Below are positions 57,501 to 64,000 of a stretch of 64,000 nucleotides of DNA, in pieces. Within the stretch, counting starts at the first letter, position 1, and the number at the start of each line of letters is the position of its first letter. A model generated the notes under the pieces. It searched no databases. It saw nothing but the letters and a program-made list of their open reading frames with translations, and was not told the origin of the DNA. A program made the position numbers and the translations under genes. The stretch lies in assembly GCA_964234715.1 (NCBI GenBank), contig OZ174277.1. One strand, given 5' to 3'. The stretch is from Podarcis melisellensis. Its lineage: Eukaryota.

Positions 57501-60500
57501 GGGACAGCAGCAGCAGCAGGCAATACTGTAATGGCTTTGCTATCTTTAGGTCAGGGGCCTAGCCTTTACTGTTGATTATTTCTATTACTAATTCCATTTC
57601 TATACCGCTTAATATAATAATTTAAAGTTGCGAACAAGAAACGGAAGCTATAGCAGCAACTTAAGGAATAACCAGTTTTTTAAAAAAACAACAACAAGCA
57701 ACTGCATATGACAATACTACAACTTTACTGCTAATACTGTGCATAAATCGGGATTGGTTCCTTCTCCGCCCCACGCCTCTCACTCACCCAGGGCCCAAAC
57801 AAACTCACAGCTCTTCCACAAAAATTCCGGGAAGAGCTTGTTTGGAGGTTCTAGCAGGGGAGCGCAGCTGTCGTATACCATTGACCGAAGAACGGTACAC
57901 TCCTTCTCAGTGGCGTAGCGTGGGGGGTGCAGGGGGGGCCGGCCGCACCGGGCGCAACATCTGGGGGTTAGGGTTAGGGGGCGCAAATCCACGGGTTAGG
58001 GGGCACAAATTACTTGCCTTGCCCTGGGTGCTGACAACCCACGCTACACCACTGCTCCTTCTATCTGGGATNNNNNNNNNNNNNNNNNNNNNNNNNNNNN
58101 NNNNNNNNNNNNNNNNNNNNNNNNNNNNNNNNNNNNNNNNNNNNNNNNNNNNNNNNNNNNNNNNNNNNNNNNNNNNNNNNNNNNNNNNNNNNNNNNNNNN
58201 NNNNNNNNNNNNNNNNNNNNNNNNNNNNNNNNNNNAGCTTCCTCAGGATGTCCGTTTTAGCAGTCGGGCAGCGCTCTCACACCCAGTTCCAGGTACAGCA
58301 GGGTTGCCCAGGGGGTCCCAAAGGTGGGAAAAGGACATCTCACCACCCCACTGTTCCTTCACCAGCCTCTGTCCTCTTTTCCTCGAGCTGCTTTCACCAT
58401 AGCATTTGCATGCTGAGGAAAAGCTTTGCCAGCTGATTTTCTGCAGGAAAAGGAAAGTTGGTGTAAATAGTATAGTTTGTATATGGCATGCTTATGTTCA
58501 CGCTTCACAGGAGTGGTGGAGACCCCATTAAGGCTGCATTTATATTCCTCTGAGTAATAGCATTTAGCAATAGCATCTAAGGGTTATTTGGATAGGCATG
58601 CTTGCTTCTGTTCTGTTTCTTCACATTTTTGGTGATGGAACATATACTGCTTTTTGACCCAAGAGGGGATGATGAGCAGGTGATCTCCTAGAAGTGTTCT
58701 TGGATCCACTTCTAAGATTTTTTTACTGCCCTACCCACTGTAGTGGACAGGACAAGAGTGTAGGAAATAGAAAAGCAACCTATATTTTTGTTCAATGAGA
58801 AAAAAAAATCAAGAACTTCGGTTTCTTTTCTTTTCGAAAACGAGTTTTTACTCCTGCGCTTTCTCATTTTAGCATTCTGGTTGCTATGAATAGCAGGGCA
58901 GTTAACACGGGTTGAACTGATAGAACTTTCTGGGTAAACAAGGCCTCACCTCTGCTTTGCTAGTGGGCCTTGCAAAGATGGGAACAAGTGCTTGCCCTTA
59001 TAAACATGTGCTCCACATGAGTTTGGCCATTCACGTGTAGCACAAGCTTGTCACAGGTCTGTAACTCAGGCATTTACACTCTGCATGTAAATGGGACAGT
59101 GGTATTTATATGTGACAAGGTACTTGCGGAAATCTTATGCAGATGAGTTCTTTACCTGTGGCATTGTGTGTTTTGCATCTGAACATTTTAACTTAATATT
59201 TTAAATTCAGGTAGGTAGCCCTGTTGGTCTGACGCAGTCGAAATAATAATAATAAAAATGTCCAGTAGCACCTTATAGACCAACTAAGTTTGTTCTGGTA
59301 TAAGCTTTTGTGTGCATGCACACTTCTTCAGATACCTGCACACAAAAGCTTATTATTATTTTTTAAATTAATATTTGAAGTGAAACAATTTATAAATGAA
59401 TGGGCAACAGTGGATGTATGGTAACTGGTAGTTTGGAAAACATTGCGTTTTACATGTGAACGCATTAAAGTATTAACATATCTTCCGTCTTTTTTCATTT
59501 AAAGATTTATTTGTTTTGAATTACAGAAAAGAACTATTTTTCTTTCATAGTGTAGTAAGTGGTGATTTGTGTCGCACATGGGCCTCTTCATTGTAGTGTT
59601 TGAATCTTATTTTTATGATCCTGTCAAATGTTTTAAAACTCAAGGTTACCTTTATTCTACTTTTGGAGTGATTTTATAGATGACTGTAAATGGACCAACA
59701 TGGGAGGGCAGGTAGTTAGAATAACTGATTTATAGACTGTGGTTTGCAGCAGAAAGCAGATGGACCCCGTAGTGGGATTACTACATCCATAGGTTATATA
59801 CATAAGTTCAGACTCCAGTTAAAAGGATCTCTCTACTTGAGATCTGGAGAGCATCTGACATTCAGAGCAGATGAAGGGTGGAACATGTCACCCTCCAGAT
59901 GTTTTTGGACTCTGCCAACAACCCCGGCTAGCATGCCACAGGTTGACATCCCTGGAATAGACAACGAATACAAAAGTTTTATCAGTCACCTGACTTGGTT
60001 TAAGACACCTTTCCATGAGGATGTGAGCGCATGATCAACACTAGATTGTGCAAACACTAAAAGGGTCATCCTTTATTTTTCTTGATACCTTGCAGTTCTT
60101 GAGAAGGCAGCAGGTCCTTCAGTTGTATAGAAAAATTCTGAAGGCTGTTCGTCAGGTGCCTAATGAAGCTGATCGCCATTACCTCAGGGACTGGGCAAGG
60201 GAAGACTTCAAAAGAAACAAAGGTGCTACAGACGAGGTGAGAAATACTTCTGGTTCTGCTGACTTGGTACATTGCAGTTGAAGGTTGAACCTGTATTCCT
60301 GGCTCATGAAGATGTCTTCTCCGAGACTTCCAAACAGCCTGTTCAGAACACCTCATAATGACTGGGAATAATTATCACTGTGTTTCACCTGCAAGAGGTG
60401 CCACGGTAGACTGGACAAATTTGGAATATTTGATTAAATGACTCAAGAATGGGCATTTCCAAGGCTGACTTGCGTAAAACCACAAACTGGTCATTGTGGT

Positions 60501-62643
60501 AAACCCTCTGAAGTATAATACTTAAATGAATCCATCCCATGTGCTATATCCTTCCCTTACTAAAGGATAATCGTGGCTCAGAGTAGATTGGGAGGGGAGT
60601 AGTTGAGCCACATTGGACCAGGTAGAACAGGGGTCAGCAACCTTCAGCCGTGGGCCGGTCCACTGTCCCTCAGACCATGTGGTGGGCTGGACTATATTTT
60701 TTGGGAGGGGGAATGAACAAATTCCTATGCCCCACAAATAACCCAGAGATACATTTTAAATAAAAGGACACATTCTACTCATGTAAAAACACGCTGATTC
60801 CCGGACCGTCCGAAGTCCAGATTGAGAAGGCGATTGGGCTGCATCTGGCCCCTGGGCCTTAGGTTGCCTACCCCTGAGGTAGAATGTTGATAGCACCAAA
60901 GGTATTTTTTAGGTCAGCACTTCATATGCAGACAGATGTCACCAAGTTTAATATTCTTGTGTTTCACTCTTAAATACTGCTTCAGTATACTGCGGGCTTT
61001 CTCAACCTTGGGTCCCCATATGTTCTTGAACTACAGCTCCCATAATCCCTGTCCACTGACCATGCTGGCTAGGTATGATGGGAGTTGTAGTAACAACATC
61101 TAGGGACCCAGAGTTGAGAAAGGCTGGTACAGTGGTACCTCTGGATGCAAACGGGATCCGTTCCGGAGCCCCGTTTGCATCCTGAAGTGAACGCAACCCG
61201 TGTCTGCATGTGCGCGGGTCGTGGTTCGCCGCTTCCGCGCATGCGCGTGACATCATTTTGACCGTCTGCGCATGCACGAGTGGCGAAACCTGGAAGTAAC
61301 ATGTTCCGTTACTTCTGGGTCGCCGTGGAGCGCAACCTGAAAATGCTCAACCCGAAGCTACTTCAACCCAAGGTATGACTGTATAGTGGATAGGTGGTTT
61401 TTAACAGCTCTGATACTTTTCTGTGGCCTTGAACTTTTTTATGTATATATGTATGAATGTATGAGCTCCAGTGGCACAGTCTCATGACTGAATCCAATAA
61501 TGATGTTAGGTGGCTAACAGGGTGTCCCTGCCCACCTGTCATTGTTGCCTGTTGAGGTCAGGTTCCCCATCCCTGTCATAGAGATTCATTTGCCACACAC
61601 GCTGCCAGTATTCTGGCATCTTTTCAAGATGTGCCTGTTTATCCTAGGCCCTGCAGAACAGTGACTGCTTTTATTAACACAATATGCCTCACCTGCTATA
61701 GTTGTCAGATTCTCTTAATGCTGTATTACTGTTCATTTGCAGTTACAGTGGTGCCTCGCTAGACGAAAAGAATTCGTTCCGCGATTCTCTTCGTCTAGCG
61801 GTTTTTTCGTCTTGCGAAGCAAGCCCATTGACAGCTTAGCGGATTAGCGCTACAGCTGTCAAGCGGCTTCCAGCGATCAGCTGTTAAGCGGCTTATCAGC
61901 GGGACAGCTGATAAGCGGCTTAGCGGCTTAAGAAAAGGGCGGAAAAAACCTGCGGAGGGATGCAAGATTTTTTTCGTCTTGCGAAGCAACCCCATAGGGA
62001 AATTCGTTTTACGAAGCGCCTCCAAAACGGAAAACCCTTTCGTCTAGCGGGTTTTTCATCTTGCGAGGCGTTCGTCTTGCGGGGCACCACTGTAGTGTGT
62101 GTGGTACTCAGCCCTGAGCTCCTCTCAGAGGAAGGGTGGTGTAAAATATAATAAGGATTAACTGCAATCATAGAACACTTAGGAAATGTCCAATGAACTT
62201 TATGTTGCATTCCCATTTCAAAAAGTTTATGCTAGTGCAGCTGTTGGTTCTTTGCTTCCTAAATATATCTAGAAAACAATAAACACAAGTTGTTGTTTTT
62301 GAGCCCATTTTAGCATGGTAGATCTTCAGGAGAGGAGCCATAACATGCAGTATTGTTTGTTATGTGAAAGATCTTTCTGGTATGTAACATAAGCAGAGGC
62401 TTTTCTAAGTGCCCTCTAGGAGTAGCCCTAATATGTAGAGCAGCCTTTGGGGTGAGATCATTAGTTGCGAATTTTATGGATGTTGAAAATAGAACAGATT
62501 CAGTGTATGAATGCATATTGCCTTTGTATGTGCCTACTAAGTGTATAATTTCTGCTTTGCAGGATACAATTAGGATGATGATCACTCAGGGCAACCTACA
62601 GCTTGAAGAGCTTGAGAGAACACTAAAGCTGGCAAAATCATAG
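57333..62643 (+). CDS. LYRM2: LYR motif-containing protein 2 (mitochondrial), 3 coding exons, 88 aa
   Basis: Exons 57333-57377, 60096-60236 and 62563-62643 give MASSRLPPTALTLKQ-FLRRQQVLQLYRKILKAVRQVPNEADRHYLRDWAREDFKRNKGATDE-DTIRMMITQGNLQLEELERTLKLAKS*; LYR motif plus downstream F; lies directly 3' of MDN1. Confidence 0.96.
57908..58054. mobile_element. Young hAT-type MITE containing TTAGGG repeats
   Basis: 17-bp TIRs CAGTGGCGTAGCGTGGG / CCCACGCTACACCACTG (1 mismatch); perfect 8-bp TSD CTCCTTCT at 57900-57907 and 58055-58062. Confidence 0.88.
58072..58235. other. Assembly gap (164 N)
   Basis: Run of N in LYRM2 intron 1. Confidence 0.99.
59208..59353 (-). mobile_element. Penelope-like terminal fragment with mutated hammerhead motif and short inverted duplication
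   Basis: Homologous to 7661-7757; 59337-59353 is the reverse complement of 59300-59316. Confidence 0.72.
60096..60236 (+). CDS. LYRM2: LYRM2 coding exon 2
   Basis: LYR motif (VLQLYRKIL), AG/GT bounded, 141 nt. Confidence 0.96.
60628..60876. mobile_element. hAT (Charlie-like) MITE
   Basis: TIRs caggggtcagcaacct / aggttgcctacccctg; perfect 8-bp TSD AGGTAGAA (60620-60627 and 60877-60884). Confidence 0.9.
60993..61126. mobile_element. Short palindromic hAT-type MITE
   Basis: ctttctcaaccttgggtccc / gggacccagagttgagaaag inverted ends; internal actacagctcccat / atgggagttgtagt. Confidence 0.7.
61130..61381. mobile_element. Tigger/mariner-type MITE
   Basis: TA-CAGTGGTACCT ... AGGTATGACTG-TA, imperfect TIR, CpG-rich interior. 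Confidence 0.78.
61746..62092. mobile_element. Tigger/mariner-type MITE, young
   Basis: 22-bp TIRs cagtggtgcctcgctagacgaa / ttcgtcttgcggggcaccactg, TA on both sides. Confidence 0.9.
62563..62643 (+). CDS. LYRM2: LYRM2 coding exon 3
   Basis: DTIRMMITQGNLQL..LAKS, TAG stop. Confidence 0.95.
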   Translation, partial: DTIRMMITQGNLQLEELERTLKLAKS

Positions 62644-63189
62644 CCTGATCATTCACTGATGGTGGAACACAATATGTGTTTTTTCAGTGTGTCTCCCTCA
62701 AAAGACTGCCATGGAAGGACCTCTCACACAACCAAACTGATTTCTGTGCAGACTCCCTTATTGGTAAGTAGACTTAAACAAAGCAGCTAGCACTGCTATA
62801 GGTGAGAGTGTTGAGATTGTTTTTTAAGGTTCAGGTGTGATGGGAAGCAGCTCATAAGAGGTTGAAACACGGAGATTTCTAGTTCTGAACTAGGTCTGTA
62901 ATAATATGGGAGGTGTGCGCTATCTTAAGTAGTTGTTCTTAAGGTGCTGCTCTTGACACTTCTGAGGGCAGTTAACACTTCTGAAGTGCATAGAAACACC
63001 CACACACATCTAAACCTGCCTGAAAACAATGGCATACTCAAAATGAACAGAATGCAGGAAACCTTTAGTAAATTTTTGATGAGACATTCTGTGTGTTTCC
63101 AGAGATGGAGGATAGTCAGTTATGCTTCTTGTTTCCAGCAGGCTTAGTGCAACCTAATACATGTTTTTCCCTACTCTGGATAGTTGGGC

Positions 63190-63425
63190 TTGAAACAATG
63201 GATTCAAGCTATAATAATGGAGATTACAACAAACATCAGGAGGAACTTTCTGACAGTAAGAGCAGTTCAACAGTGGAACAGACTCCCATGGGAGCTTGTA
63301 GACTCTCCTTCCTGGGAGGTTTTCAAGCAGAGGTTGGATGGCTTTAGATGAGATTCTTCCATTGTAGGGGATTGGTTGGACCAGATGACCAATGGGGAAT
63401 CCCTTCTAACTCTATTATTCTGTAA
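63190..63425 (+). mobile_element. CR1 LINE 3' fragment
   Basis: aggaactttctgacagtaagagcagttcaacagtggaacagactccc..ggaggttttcaagcagaggttgg..cccttctaactctattattct. Confidence 0.82.
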
Positions 63426-64000
63426 CGGGTAGATATTCAGTTACATTGTCTGCTACGTCCTTCCATTCCATTTTAAGACTGGTGAGATAACAGGTTCTAT
63501 GTCTTCAACATCAGCTACCTTTTTCCCGCCACTGCTCAGTTCTAACCTGACAAAGAGTTTTGGAGAACTAAAAAACCTGCAGACTTACTTTGTGATAGTG
63601 CACTATTAGCTTGTTTGGCCTACCTTAAATATGGATTTTGGTGTTAAAAATTGCTTTTTTAGCTATATCACACAGCCCAACACCACCACCTCCAAATTAT
63701 AACCTAGGCACATTTAATAAGCTTATAGATTTATGGATTACCAGATTTAAATTCATTGTAGGATTTAAATTATACCCCACTTTGGGCAGCATAGATTTAG
63801 ACCATAGAAGCACATGAATGTAAAAAATGTAGAGTATTTGGATTGAGATTTTGTGTATAAAGATCTTTATGTACTTTTTGTATACAACCATCTCTCTTTA
63901 AGGACTTCATTCAAAATGTTTATACTCTTACATGAGAGATAAGATCTGTGCCTGGAGAACTATTTCTAAATCACAACAGATTTGGCCTCAATTCAGCATT

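Noticed and set aside
56699-57562. Long overlapping ORFs (274 aa minus strand, 177 aa plus strand, others) over the CpG island
   Set aside because: Ala/Arg/Pro/Gly-rich with no recognisable domain; expected from stop-codon scarcity in GC-rich DNA. Only 57333-57377 is supported as coding. An antisense non-coding transcript is not excluded.
62644-64000. 3' end of a convergent neighbour gene (ANKRD6 is adjacent in other vertebrates) or the LYRM2 poly(A) site
   Set aside because: I could not find coding sequence or a canonical AATAAA on either strand in this interval.
1-64000. CRISPR arrays, operons or other prokaryote-type systems
   Set aside because: The window is intron-rich vertebrate DNA; no repeat-spacer array is present.

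Overview
Eukaryotic (squamate, most likely lacertid lizard) genomic DNA; the lineage is inferred from Sauria-type SINEs and other reptile repeats. About 54 kb is the 3' part of MDN1 (midasin/Rea1) on the + strand. I traced 62 GT-AG exons (612-54072) with mutually consistent phases, giving about 3,560 codons that cover the last AAA+ module, the linker, the D/E-rich region and the C-terminal MIDAS/VWA domain. A CpG-island promoter follows, then the complete 3-exon LYRM2 gene (88 aa, + strand), in the MDN1-LYRM2 order known from other vertebrates. Introns carry Sauria SINEs, CORE/tRNA SINEs, L2 and CR1 fragments, hAT and Tigger/mariner-type MITEs, microsatellites and a 164-N gap. I found no wholly new gene system. 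The most notable non-coding signals are: (1) short Penelope-like inserts with minimal hammerhead-ribozyme motifs, one with an intact core in a 97-bp insert bounded by a perfect 15-bp duplication; (2) a young hAT MITE carrying TTAGGG repeats beside the LYRM2 promoter; (3) an inverted L2 pair bracketing 8 MDN1 exons, a circRNA/A-to-I editing candidate. Most ORFs in the supplied track are exon read-throughs or chance ORFs.
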